From: Tubulanus polymorphus
Lineage: Eukaryota > Animalia > Nemertea
Direction of reading: 5' to 3'
Assembly (NCBI RefSeq): GCF_964204645.1
Contig: NC_134025.1
Coordinates: 26,330,299-26,394,298 of the forward strand
DNA: 64,000 nt
Part shown: positions 41,301 through 55,240 of the stretch, piece by piece
How positions within the stretch are numbered: the stretch's first letter is position 1
Layout: each line of letters starts with the position of its first letter
The notes under the pieces: model-generated
What the model was told of the DNA's origin: nothing
What the model saw: the letters and a program-made list of their open reading frames with translations, nothing else
Database searches by the model: none
Program-made: the position numbers and the translations under genes

Positions 41301-44300
41301 GTGGGATTTGCACGGACGCATATTTTTCCCAAAGACAGACTGACGGAAAGTACCCCTTGAGGTGATAGACTTAGTAAATATTGCAAGAAGAAAAAAAAGA
41401 AGAAAAATAGCAAAAAGTAAGTTATTCTATAAATTGCGTGTATATGATCATTGATTCGGTGTTTAGATTTTCTCTGCTCTATCCGCACTTTAGTAACCGA
41501 GCGCCATATGTTGTGTTCAAAAATTCACACCAGGAATTGTCAATATCTGCAATTCGCGAGGATTTTTCTCTGTCTGTCTCGTCTCTCACCGACGTTACAG
41601 CAGCCCTAAAGGCTCCGTACTTATAATACTAACAAACATTAAATCGTAATTCAGGTGTAATCAGGCTCACACAGGCGGTATTTGCCTATCAGAAATGAAT
41701 CTATCCAGTATAACTAAATCAATGATCCTATTGCAAAAAAATAAAACCATGTTTCTACACAAATGACCTACTATCTCGGGATTGAATATTGGAGGGTGCC
41801 AAGCTCTAACATGACAATGATAAACTCGACTGCGAACCATAACATTTTTTATTTCAATTCTTCCGGAATATGTGTGAGTGTGTGTATAAACATAATTCAA
41901 TGCCTTGATCTCATAACCTGAAATGCCATGTTTTGTGATTAATTGAATACGTATGATTTCATGATATATATAAATGTATATTTTTTCGTTCATCCAGATA
42001 TATCAAGATTATGACATTCTTATTGATTTTCAGTGTCAAATATCCTGACAGTCAAGCACATGCTGCACACAGCTGGATAATAACCGTAAGTAGCTTACAC
42101 AATATCAAAGCATAGATGGGAAGTATAATATATAAGTCTATGTGAATAAAGGTAAAATAAATACCAGCATTAAAAACGTGCGATGGAAAAAAGGAAGGAA
42201 AAAGCGGATGAAATAGATAAATCAATTATATGTGAATCGTGATCTGAAAAGATAAGATAATGGCATACCAATGTTTTGGAATTTTGCTTTTCAGGTACGA
42301 CCTTGTATATGAAAGGTAAATCAATCGAGTACATTAAATCCAGACGCAAAAATAGTCTGTGACGGAAAGCTATGTCAATAGAAGACAAGATGGAGCAAAG
42401 ATGACAACACGAAATCGATATGGCATATTTTCCGGATGCCGATTATGTTAATTTCCTACATGCGTCACCGTTGCGTAAGCGTCAGGTATCACAGTATAGA
42501 ACGCAATTTTCTTCATCTTTTCCGCAGACGGCTCGCACGAATTATAAAGATGACGCAGAAAACCAACACCAGCAGTAGCAGCAGAAGACAGTAGCAGCAC
42601 GCGCAGCAGACAGACAATAACGATTAGCTTTTAAACTCCGGAAATTGTATCTTCATGAAAATCCGCATGTCTATAATCATCCATAGAAGTGACTTAATAC
42701 ATAAACCGTCAAATTCTACATTCTGAAGCCCGTGGCAAATTTGTATATTAATTGTTTTAAGTAATCGCTTGAAAGGTGTAATCAACGTGATCTAGAGTCT
42801 GGACGGGTTTATCAATTCAGACTAATGACGTCACAAAAATTTGATAAGTATGTGATTGGTTTACAGAGATCACTGGGTTGTCTGACAGCTTGATTACAAG
42901 ACCTAAATATACACCGAAACGTGGTCTAAATGACCACAATTTTGGGCTTAATTGACTCGCCAGTACTCAACGATGTTTCCGGAATACAAATACGTATGTA
43001 ACGCCTTTACATCCGCGAGTGTTTCAGGAAACTCTGAAGCGATTGTAGCTGTCAATGCCAATCGTTCTTGTGGAAAGCGAGTCCTGAAACTGGTTTTAAA
43101 AAATTCGTTGAATAACGCGCTCCTTCATACTATATTTCTATTGTTACGGAATAATTGCCGAGCTAGTGCGTTTAACAATATCGCAATAACAGGAAAACAC
43201 CTGGCGAACAGAGCCAATTGATCCAAGCAACAACACAACTACTATTGAACTGTAAAACTCCGTTTTTATATTTTTAATATCCTCAGAAATATTCTCATCA
43301 ACAGTGTCATATACATATATAGATGTGTATACATTATACTTGGTTAATGCATGCAATAACAGCAGTCTACAATCAAAATCCAGTTCTACTGAAGGCAACT
43401 GCGCAGGAATTACAAGAAACGATATCAAAGTTCAACGCCTCTTGAGGAAAAAAAACTACTACACGTACAATGTACATCACTAAATATGCTTTGAATCTTA
43501 AAAGACTATAATCTAGCAATGTGAATGATGACCATAGAAAGCTAATTTAGAAATGCTACTTATAATAACGCTGTACAAAAATATGAATTATAGCACATGA
43601 ATTTTGCATTATGTTATATTATGTAATAATTTTACATGTACATAATTAAAAGTTGACAAAAAGCACAGGAACGTCTCAGAAAGCACATTACGCATTACTC
43701 CAATTATCTTAGCACATACAATCATCATTCGCTTACAGTGCTAGCTTTTTATTTTCTTCCGAGGTAGGTATAAAATCCGAAAAAAATTAGGCGTGTCAGC
43801 AAGAAATATGATTTACAAGTTCATACACGAATTGCTTTCCCAAAATTATCCTCATTCGTCACAACAGAGCTATTTTTAATCATTTATATGAAAACGACCT
43901 TAGGGTGTATCAATAGTATTTTCAAATAAAAATGAATGCGCATTTTTTTTTGTGGTTCACTATATATGTATAATAAACCTTTTTTTTCGCCTGAAAAATA
44001 CGCTACGATAATGCGGCGACCTCAAACCTGTTTTAGCTTGATAAAATAATGAATGATCACCACGTAATCGGGTTCATGTAAACACACACACATACACATA
44101 CACACCGGTTTTCACGAACATAATCAACGATCACAAGAGCACAGCCTTGACATCCCACCAAAGGTGCCATATGGCAAGAAGTTCAACTCAAATACGTGTA
44201 ATAACCCGTTTCTACATAATGTACGTAACAGTACAGTACACCTTAGGTTTTGTGACAAAAACCGAAAGACGCACACGTTTACTGATGATATTGTCATATT

Positions 44301-47300
44301 TAATTAAAATAACAAGCGACAATTTTGACGACTGTTTATTTCTAGTTGAAAGCCATGCGATAACTGAAGAGGCCGTATACGAAGGTTTTGGTGGGCGTCG
44401 TTAAGCTACACGTAGTAATATAACATTCATGCGCCTAAAATTTATTAGCAGCGACATTTTCTAAAAGCTGTTGCATACGCACGACCAGGTAAACGTTAAA
44501 CAAAGGCACCGGTTTGAGAGAATTTACAACTCGAGACTACAGAAAGTGAGTCGCAATGAAATAACGGCTTCATATAATATACTTTTTTCAGTTACTTCAT
44601 ATCATTTCGATACTATGCATTCTCAACAATCACAACATAGCTTTTCTGTGCACCACGGCCTTTGACAGGGGCAGGACTTTTGCTTATTCTCCGATATATA
44701 ATTTACGCAATCAATTTACATGGGGTGCAGTCGATTGTATATGCTATTAATCTTAACTATGGACGACAAACAGATTATTCCCAGTTCCTGGCGTCAAAAT
44801 GAATATTCTCGTAAAACGACAAGATTATACGAAACGTTAGGTTGTAGGATTACAAGATAAAAGCTATAAAAGCTTAGGGCAAAACTGATTACTGATAAAA
44901 TAATGTTATCACCAGAAGATATCACCATTTGCACAACCATTGCAGCATATAATAATATAGATATAATGGAACGAAGTCCATAGTCAAAAAGTTATTCATT
45001 GTGACGATATAATAGTCCGCTCGAAACGGTGTCAAATAAAAAGAAAAAACTACAAAAATACACAATCTGCATACATACATATCAAAATTGAGGTTCGAGG
45101 TTTGTTATCTTTCTAATATTTGGACGATTAGAAAATATGCATTATAATTAATTCATAATGATGATCAGATCATAAATGCACGCATTCGTCCCTGAGTTAA
45201 CTAACTTTTTTCAAACCAGTCTTTCTTTACCGCAATAGTTTCTTTGCATAAATCCAAAAAATGTGTCACGCCGAAACTCTCGTGCATAAAATTAAAAAAA
45301 AAAAAAAACGTTACACGCAAGTTCCTGCTTGAAAAATACATTTGTTAACGAATTTCATTGAAATAAAATTGGATATTGCTCGAGATTCGCGTAAAACACT
45401 TCAAATACAATGTCCAGTATTGAGGTAAATTAACATTTTCGAGGTTACAATGTTGGTATACGAAGCTTAAAAAAACATGTTGAACACATTTTTTCCGTGC
45501 TTACAAGGAATGCATTCTACATGTACAAAAAATTCTGATTGATTTGAATTGGGTCCATCGAGTTTGGGTTAGATTACACTACACTTTGTACACTTTACGC
45601 TTCTCTTAAGCTTTTTGACAACGCTTTACGACAAAAAGCTGCTTTTACATAACAAATACAAAATCATGGCTTGACATAAACAATAAAAAAACATATGTAT
45701 GTATATATACATAATTCCATCGCTATACATCTGTATTAAAAGTCAATAGAATTTCAAACTTGGAATGGAAATATCTAGATACCGTAGGATTTTCCCAATA
45801 TCCCCAAATTCAAGCAATTCTTTTAGAAAGTCCAAAGTCTGAAACTTCTAGCTTAATGTTTTGGATTAACTTCTATGACAAATATAATTACTTGGGAGGC
45901 TTTGACAAGGAAAACTGGAGATCACATTGTATACCACCTCCCTGGCCAGAGGAGAGTTCATGATATTTCGACATTATCGGCAAGGTATAATAATTCGTAA
46001 CTCCGATGAAAGCTTATACCTTGGATGAATGAATCTTGAAGCTGAACTATCAACGTTTTAAGTATAATGTGTAATCAACACCAAAACTTAACCAACCAAC
46101 ACTCATCCATTTTACGATGAAAATGTATCTACATGTAGGGGCTATGGTATTTACACGATACACTCGTATATTCTTTGCCTTTTTTTACTCTGGCTACTCC
46201 CGTTCCAAGCTATAATGATGAATTAACAGAGGTATATTACATATAATATGAGAATAATGCGAATATAATTGTTTTAATTGATACAGATATAGATGTATCT
46301 AAAGTAGGTTTCTATAAGTATAAGATTAGATTAGACTTCACTACAATTCGGACCCGTTTGATAAGATTTTTTTGTCACAAAAAAGTGTTGCAGAACACGC
46401 TGGTCCTAATAATTACGAATAGCTTCTACATTTGTAATAGTATCGCCGGCAAACGTAGAAAAACATGACAGTGTATACCACCCTATGATATATCTTATCC
46501 AGCTAACAATATATATATATACATATATATTATCTACATACATAATATTATTTTCGAACATGAAAAATGAGGTAGGTATTGTTATATCTCGGTAAACCTT
46601 TCTTAAAAATTGTATTAGTAATTTTACAACTTTTTCTCGCGACATGAAGCCGTCTTTTCATCATATCCTAGAAATGTAAATTCAATTCTATCTATGATTA
46701 TATATATATATGTATATATATATCTATATAATGAAGTATATACACATGCGCATACACTGTGCTTTTTCGACATTTATATTTTTCTTTTATCTATATTACT
46801 GGACTGGACTAATACTCAAATTTCTGACACTACTGAGCACAAGACGACAATGGTAATATGTTTTAATCGATATATTGATATTAAAATGAGAGAAGATGCG
46901 ATAAATTGTTCATCCGCAATGGAGACTTATATTTTTAAAAATCTAAGTACGTACATGGAATTCACATGGAACAACCGTTGATTTATCAATATTTCCATGT
47001 TAAAGATGGCTTTCACCGGGAATAAAGCTGTAACATTTCCCTCTTGTCCTGCTCGTACTAAAAATAAGGAGACCCAGGGACCAGTTCACCAGAGAATTAC
47101 TTATCATCTTGGTCGATTTGATATCTTTAAAATCGTTATTAAGAGTTTAGAAATTATTGAGGGAGTGGGCCTGCAAAGCAATGAGACGTTTACAGCGTTT
47201 GGCTTAAATACACAGACATATAGGAAATATACATGTAATCATTAACGTGGCTAAGATGAAATATCATTATTTCCCCAAGCATTGCTTGTATATCACAAAA

Positions 47301-48218
47301 AATAAATCTAAACTAATTATAAGAAAAACAGGAAATAAAGGAGAAATAACTCATGGCTCTCCTAGTTGGAATGTGTTTATTTTTCGAGCAGTTTTAGCTT
47401 TCTCGATTTAAGGATCTCCCTCGTAAGGATTTCTCAATAAATGACGACTGAAATCGAAACGACGATACGATGATCTAATGTTAGCACTTATCAATGATTA
47501 TGTTACCAGTATCGGATGACCTTGCACTGAATTTCTTAACTAATCAATGAATGCACCAATCGATAGTACCGAAAGTTATGATTATACTTTATACATGTAC
47601 ATGTACATGTACATGTATACAGTATATAATGAAAATATGTTTTATTCAAGAACATTGGGCTTAGATAGCCTTACCTAATACCAGAATAAAATATGTATCA
47701 TCCATTATTCATACAGTACAGCTGGGAAAGATAAAAAATTTGGAATATGAAAGGATATACTTACTTTAACGCGTGATCGTGTCATTGAACCCTTTGAACG
47801 ATATACCTGTACATGGAATTGGTGCACATATAATTCATTATAGTTGAAAAGGTGATTCAGTTAAAATCCATCGAAAATTAATCGTAAACACAACAGGTGT
47901 TGAATAACCTTATACTAATCTGATATTCAGCACATGTTACACCTGTCGTCAAAACCAACTGTATTTGAAATATGATTTTTTTCTGTATTCACAAGTATAC
48001 CCACAGATCAGAATCGTCACTACACAATCATAACCATTTTTATTCCACACCTGTGACGATCAACAAATGGCTTTACCATTATTTATATATATGAGCTACA
48101 TTTTAGATGCTAAAAATCCAGATCCATACCGGTTCAAAATAAAGTTTGCACTGTTTTGAATCTATTCTGATGCGCTAATGATCGAAAGGAACGTGACGAT
48201 AACATGTCGTTGCCATAG

Positions 48219-48351
<133 letters not shown>

Positions 48352-51300
48352 AACACACTTCACTTTCCACTGAAGGTCAGTACGTTTCTCAACAGCAATC
48401 GATAGAAACCACTTATACCAAAAAACGACATCGCAGGTTTCCATATATCTGCCATTCAATTACGTACACATTATGATGACATTACATTACGCTATCATGC
48501 ACGGTGGTCGTTACATAGAACTACTACTTAATTTCATGCATTTTTCTCTCACGTCACAATTTCAACAAATCGCCACTGTTCCTCCGTTGCAATGAGGTAG
48601 TCGTATGGGTCACAGCCCTCGGGTTATCAGAAAATGTGATAATAACACTAATAAGTAGAAGTATGATGGATGGATAATGAAGATCACGACTTAAAATATT
48701 TCACCAACGAGGAGGCCGAGCAGATGTCAAAATAACTCATCTCCGTACCATTTGTTTTCTTCAGACTAACTCTACTACTTCTATGGAAGTCTAATCATTT
48801 ACAAATCACAATACTTTTTTTTCAAAAAGTGTCGCTAAGACTGTGCAATGCGTGTTTGATTGATCTTATATCGTATGCATGTATCTCTGCGTTTTTCCAA
48901 GTTTTTATACGCCAGACAACGAAAAACACCAACTACGACGGAATACATGTTTAATCTTAACAATCATTGCAGTGGCATCATCTGCACGGGCGCCTCTGGG
49001 TAAAACTAGCAAAATTTTAATGAGGTAGATAAAATCTCAGCATCATAAAAGCGTCACGTCACAGTTCTCGTAACACACTGTAATTATTGTTTTTTTTTCT
49101 TTTGTGCAAACGATTTGCGTTAGTGATTCTTCGTAAAAAGCCATTTGAGATATACATATATATATATACATATACATTCACACAATACACAAATGTAATT
49201 ATAATGTAAATCGCGATACCAATCTCAAAATTAGAATTCATAGTCTATAAATTCACCGCGATCTTTACCTACATTAAAACTTATTCTACACCTCAACATT
49301 TCTCCTGACAAATCTAACCTGTTTTTCTTTTTTTTATCTCACAAGAACAAAATATGATTAGGGACGAAATGAGTACTCTTTGAAGAGTACTCATTTGGAG
49401 AAGAGGCAAATCCTAACGAAAATTCAAAGATCGTCTCACAAAGACAAACACAACCAACTTGTAGGTAATATTTGTGTAAAAATTATTAACCGATATTTAG
49501 TAAACTTAAGACCGCCAAGTGCTGCCACCTAGATTGTATACCTATATATGCATATAAGATGTATTCTATTTCAATTTGACAGTATATTTTTTTCGGAGTA
49601 ACAGCCTCCGTAATTCCTATTCTTACCGGAAACATCATCGATATAATTTCCGGAGTTTTATTTCCAATATCCATTAAGTTGACTGATTTTCTATGTGTGT
49701 ATGATGATCTTTAAGGGGGCGTTTATTTTTAACCGCAATTCTAAAAAGTTAAATAGAATAGGCATCAAATGGTCGAATATGTTTCATGTACACCGATGTA
49801 ACAATTACTGAACGCGATAACCAAATAATAATGGGAGAAAATAGAGATAAAAAGGATTTAATGGTTTTCAAAGTGTCAATCTAATTTAAAAATGAAATTT
49901 TGAAATTTCAAATGGGTAAATTGCTTCCGTCTCTTCAAAGGCAAACCGGCATTGACACGTCATGGCAGTGGCCTGATGTACACGCACGCGATAGTTTTTT
50001 AGGGCTGTTCAAACACGTCTTTATAGGACGAATTCGGCCTAGCACTAGATCACACTTCTCGGAAAATTGAATAATCATATATAATGTATAAGAACGCGTG
50101 AAGTAATCGTGTATCATCAGGTCGTATAGTTCAATAAAACCTGTTTTCAATCATAATGGCATTCACCTTTCGAATTTTCGAAGAATTTTCAAACCGGTCA
50201 CATCGCGAATGCTGTATAAATTCATGTATACATAAATACATCAAACAAAATCCGAACTTAGGACAGGTTTTATCTACGTGACGGTTGGCAGTACGAAAAA
50301 TACGTTTTTTTCCACTATGCGATCGACAATAATTCCTTACGCAATGTGACATCCACAAATATCCGGTTTTCGGAGAAAAAAAAACATGAAAAACCACAAT
50401 AGCGATATCGCTCATAAAGAGAAAATCTAATCCTATCACAAAATTGAAATTTCAAACATACAATCTATTGAGTCTTGGAAGGCTAAATTATTGAAATAAA
50501 AAAAGGATATACATATAAATATACATGTATAAAGTGTGTTCACAAAAAATAATTCAAATTTGATGACAATTTTTAGTGTCGCTTGCTGTACAAATAGAGA
50601 TCGTATTCTGTACAGTTACTGGGTTTAGAATATACAGCTGTACTGCAGCCGATATGGCCATCATCCATATCGTGGTGATGCTGGCTGCGTGGAAAAATCT
50701 TTTATCTGCAGAAATCGATAGTCATTGCGTAATTGTATTTTGTACGTATATCACCGAGAGCAGAATTGAAGCTTGGTACGGACAATAACGTGTTGCAAAA
50801 ACTGACACAACCAATCTATACCTAACTAGTTAAGATCAGACATAATTCTATGGAAATCATGGATGGGTAGAACCCGTCCCGTCATATGCTAAAATGACCA
50901 TGTATTGTGTTCGGTGGCCTGCATGTCACCCCTAAGCGTTATTTTTATCGTCCTGTTGTTTTGTATAATGGTTATAAAACGATTGCGCCATAGAAAGTTC
51001 AGCGAAATATCACAGAGACAGTCGTTCAAATGGAACTTTGGAAAACCAACCAACTTGGCCAAAGACTTTGAATACTACATGTACTACACTTCCACCTAAT
51101 GCATATAGTCTGTGCAATCGTTAAATGAGTAATGTGTATTGAATAAATATATCTCTTTTGTCATTGGGAATATTCATATGCACTTATTGATAGATTAGTG
51201 TTTATAGATTCAGCCGGCATCACAAGTGAAGATTAGATTTTTTCTAGGTTGGGCATCACGTTAAATGTGAATGAAAATGTCCATCTATCTGATGGAATGG

Positions 51301-53053
51301 TTGTAAAATGTAAAAAGTGCGCGGCCGCACCCATCTTTTATTGTCTACTGCCGAATTATGCACTTGACTCGACTAACTTAAATAGATGTACTTTTTTATG
51401 CATAGAGCTCGAAAATAAAAGTACGCACGACTCTCGCAATTGAGTTCAATAGACGTTCTTCAACTGGTCAGTTGAGATCGAATGTATAATGATGCAAACG
51501 TGGCAAAAAACAGCAGGCAGTACATATTTAAGATTTGGATAAACTCTATTCGACCCCGCTATTAGAATATATCAATGTATCATCTTACGTCCCGGGGGTT
51601 TACTTACATAATGCTAAAAAGCACTTACAAACTTTTCTACCCGACCACGTATCGGAAATAGACCCAAAACCGCAGATCACTTTAAAAACTTCCCACTTCA
51701 CGTGAATAGACCCACGTAGATGAATTTGATAGCGGAAGCTTTACATGGTAACAATTACTTCGAACCTTCGACCTCAGAATATATCAGGAAATGAAATTCC
51801 ATTTTCAAAAAAACTGCTAGGGAATATTCGCACTGGACTTTTTCCACATAGTATCTCTGATAAAGCAATAGGAGAAAACAAGCTTTAGTGAGTCATTTTT
51901 AAAACATAATTACTGCCACTCATTACATATGCATATTGATCTAAATACGTGCCGTAAATCAGTTGATATAGTTGCATAATTATCATTCCCTCATTGACCG
52001 CGTGAACTCAGGGAAAATGTTCGATCGAGGAAGTTCAATGCGGTCGATAACCGCAGGCTTTTAAATTGTGACTTTTTACTTAGTTTTAACCAAAAATATG
52101 GTAGAATGAAAAACATTGGAGAATGGTCGCGAGTACTGGAAAAGGTCATGACGTATCCAAACATGCTTGACCACGATTTCCACGATGAATTGGTTGGCTT
52201 AAATGTCGGTCGTTCGACATAGAAATGTCAATCATGTTTATCAAAGAAAAAGCTAAAATTTGGAGAAGAAATAGAGAAAGTGAATCAATTAAATTCATCA
52301 ATAGCACTGTAAAAATATTCATATATCATTTGCGCAGTGAGAGTGTGACGATATCATATGAAAACAGTGGTAAAGTTTTTCAATATTTGTACTGCGTTTT
52401 TATCTCCGTGTCCGGTAAATGTGTCAATGTGTATATTACCTCAACCGTTATCAGTTTTTTTTGCGTACGGTGCGATATCCTCGTGCATATTTTATTCAGA
52501 GCATCTGCACCAGATACTGGTAACATGCAAATTTCCGTAATCGATATTAAGCAATAGCATTTATACACAATGTGAATTGATTATATTTCAAACCATTGTA
52601 GCGCAGTGCGTGATTTGAAAAACTAATGAAAATAACACTTCAAGCTTATTATCATGTTTTCAAGGCCACCCCGTTAACCGCTCTCTTACATAACGTCACG
52701 TTCGCAAATGTCGACGCCATTTTTAGAATAATTTGATTGTGAGACGTTGCGTCATACATGATAATCGCATTTCTTCAACTACCATATGATAAAAAAATCA
52801 TCACTGACGTATTGAGATTTAATGTTAGGATTGGCCTCTTAATACCTCAATGCATTAATTGATTATCCTTAGGGGGATTAGCTATGTAATAGGTATACGC
52901 TTTGGATACAGGTTTGCCCGTAACAAAGATCATGTTTCATTTTTTGATTGTGAAATATCAAAAATTACAGGCAAAATATGGCACAAATATTAGCACTAGT
53001 TTTTCTATAAAATGGTTTACCCTTTCAGAAAGAATCATTCAAAAGCTGCACAT

Positions 53054-54178
53054 CTAACTGTTATACAACATACACTTTAGTTTTGTTGTTTCATTCTTCA
53101 AGGCCGCCACTTCTACCCGAAGCTTGAGATTTTCTTGCTCTAAAAATGCTGCCCGTATCGCAATTTCGTCTTCTTTCGCCCGTCTCGAGTCTCTGGATCG
53201 TTTCGCTGCTTCGTTGTTCTTTCGGCGGCGTTCCCAGTACGCTTCGTCTTTTTGGTCATCAGGCAAAATGCGACCACGTTTTCGGGACGACGAGGACATA
53301 ATCCCAGGGGAAGAATTGTCTAGGTTCGGAGAACTGGAGGTAGTTGGAGAATTCGACGACGGCACGGTCGAGGTTGCTACTGACACAGGTTGTGCTGAGT
53401 TATTAGAATTGATTGAGGTATTCGGTGACTGTGAGGTAGTAGTGTTTGTATTATTCACAACAGCAGTAGTAGAGTTTCTGATAGAACGTATCTTTCGCGA
53501 ACCGTCTTGAGATCGTAAAACTTGTTGCCTGTACTGTTCAAATAGTTCCTCGGATGTCATTGCCAACTGTTGGGCAGTAACATTCGTATTGCTGTCAACA
53601 GAAAATGGAGTCAGTCCTGGAATGCCATAATATCCCAAAGGGAGAGAGAGAGGATCTTTGGGATACGCTTTAAATGGACGGGTTGTTTTATTCACAGTGT
53701 ATATTTCATTCGGATGTTTTCTCGGATCGATCAAAGGAGGTATTCCTTGAAATGTCCCCAAAGCATTGGCGACCTGAAGCATACCTGCTCCGTGAGGAAA
53801 GCCACCAATGACACCAGGCAACTGCATGCCAGGCACTAATCCAGGTAATCCGGTTTTGGGTTCACCAATCTTTTGCATTGGCGACTCTTGGGGACTTTTG
53901 GAATCGGTAGTTCTCTCTCCGTCTGATATTGAGCCATTTGATATTGCGTACGATTCTGTTGTACGGGTTGAAAAATTCATCGGCGACGATGAATCGGAAT
54001 CGACGGCTAAGCCATCATATTTCTTCGGTTTATTTATCGAAAAATCCAAGGGAGCTTCTTGATTGTCACCGGCCTCACTTCGTCCGCTATCGTAGCCATT
54101 ATGAGAGTTCTGATCGTAACACATGCCTGGACTAGGAATTGGACTTTTTATTTTCATGTCACCTTCGCTCTGCGCCAT
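53054..54178 (-). CDS. gt: PAR-subfamily bZIP transcription factor, giant / ces-2-like, 374 aa, single coding exon
   Basis: C-terminal b[44 protein letters not shown]; giant-type [12 protein letters not shown] motif; CtBP-type motif PLDFS. An in-frame TAA lies upstream of the ATG. Orthology to giant versus ces-2 is from recalled motifs, not a phylogeny. Confidence 0.9.
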   Translation of the reverse strand: MAQSEGDMKIKSPIPSPGMCYDQNSHNGYDSGRSEAGDNQEAPLDFSINKPKKYDGLAVDSDSSSPMNFSTRTTESYAISNGSISDGERTTDSKSPQESPMQKIGEPKTGLPGLVPGMQLPGVIGGFPHGAGMLQVANALGTFQGIPPLIDPRKHPNEIYTVNKTTRPFKAYPKDPLSLPLGYYGIPGLTPFSVDSNTNVTAQQLAMTSEELFEQYRQQVLRSQDGSRKIRSIRNSTTAVVNNTNTTTSQSPNTSINSNNSAQPVSVATSTVPSSNSPTTSSSPNLDNSSPGIMSSSSRKRGRILPDDQKDEAYWERRRKNNEAAKRSRDSRRAKEDEIAIRAAFLEQENLKLRVEVAALKNETTKLKCMLYNS

Positions 54179-54799
54179 CCTGTCTCTGACTTATGATGAA
54201 TTTTGACATCCAGTACAATTATGTGTAAGCCGTTTCTGCAAAAAATGAAATTACAACGTATAACTAACCTGCTCAGTAACATACGAAACACCTGTCGGAA
54301 CTACCTATCACCTTCTAGATTAATAATTTTCGTGGTATTTGGCACTATTGTGTATCTATTCTTTCTTTCCGAGACCTAGTAATATCCGAGCAGTCCACGT
54401 TTACCGCGCTAGAAATTACACTCATTCTATGAGTAAAAAATGTTTCCAGGAAATATCATGCTCCAAGTGTTTATTTATCCTAGCTCAAACCATAATCCTA
54501 ACAGACTGGTTGGAAATTGGTTCCCCTAGTTTGAAAGAGGTTGACTAAATTCACATTAATATTTCATTTTTGCGAATCGAATACTATTAATCAAATCGTC
54601 AACATGTGCGAACACTTGTTATCGGTAGATCGGCAATAATTCAACTTGTTGACGATACAATTTTTGCACCGGATCCAGGAAGCCGACGCCATGTTTTTGC
54701 TACGTTCAATTCGTAGTATTATGACAATGAGCTGAGAAAAAAAATGCTCGGGAATGTTATGAATGGAGTAATGAAAAATGTACTGGATGACTGACTTAC

Positions 54800-54914
54800 C
54801 TACACTTGGCGATTTACGATGATATAACTGAAGTTTTCGCGCTACGAACACCTTTAACTCCTCGATAAAAAATTTTCCGCTGATTTTTTCATCGTCCGGT
54901 CTCACGGCGACTGA
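54800..54914 (-). other. Predicted non-coding first exon of the bZIP gene (intron 54236-54799)
   Basis: Consensus donor GTAG|GTAAGT at 54799, acceptor tttttgcag at 54236-54237, Inr-like TCAGT at 54910-54914, and CCAAT boxes just upstream (about 55011, 55038, 55094). Confidence 0.55.
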
Positions 54915-55240
54915 GTTGGAACCTTAAATGAACCCATGACCTCGGATGACGCTATAAACTGTTTCTGTGCAAGTAAACTCCCTACTCACGTAATCCGTAC
55001 ATTAGCTAACCAATAGTGCTACAAAATAGCTGCGCGTCCAATCAGCGAGCGTCATACACTTACGCGCGCGCGACTCCTCTATCAAAGGCTTTGATTGGTC
55101 CATAAGTAAGTTATGGTTTCCACTGATGTTACGTAAGTACGCAGAACAGGCCAAGGGTGAGAGCCTCGTTTCAACAATTTTTCACATGTGTTTGAAGGCA
55201 TATATTAACCGAGCTTTGCGTAATGCGTGATTGCGCAAGT
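54915..55240 (-). promoter_or_regulatory. Proximal promoter of the bZIP gene: CCAAT boxes, PAR/D-box, C/EBP sites, DR2 element
   Basis: TTACGTAA 55129-55136, TTGCGTAA 55216-55223, TTGCGCAA 55231-55238, AGGTCA-TG-GGTTCA (minus, 54929-54942), three CCAAT boxes, and locally CpG-rich sequence. Confidence 0.5.

Noticed and set aside
53432-53455. let-7-like sequence on the + strand as a possible let-7 miRNA gene
   Set aside because: It lies antisense within a CDS, diverges after nt 11 and has no complementary star arm nearby; it is better read as a target site.
53124-54135. Plus-strand ORFs antisense to the bZIP CDS (and similar antisense ORFs over Kv and SEC61B exons)
   Set aside because: These are shadow ORFs of real coding sequence with no independent motifs.
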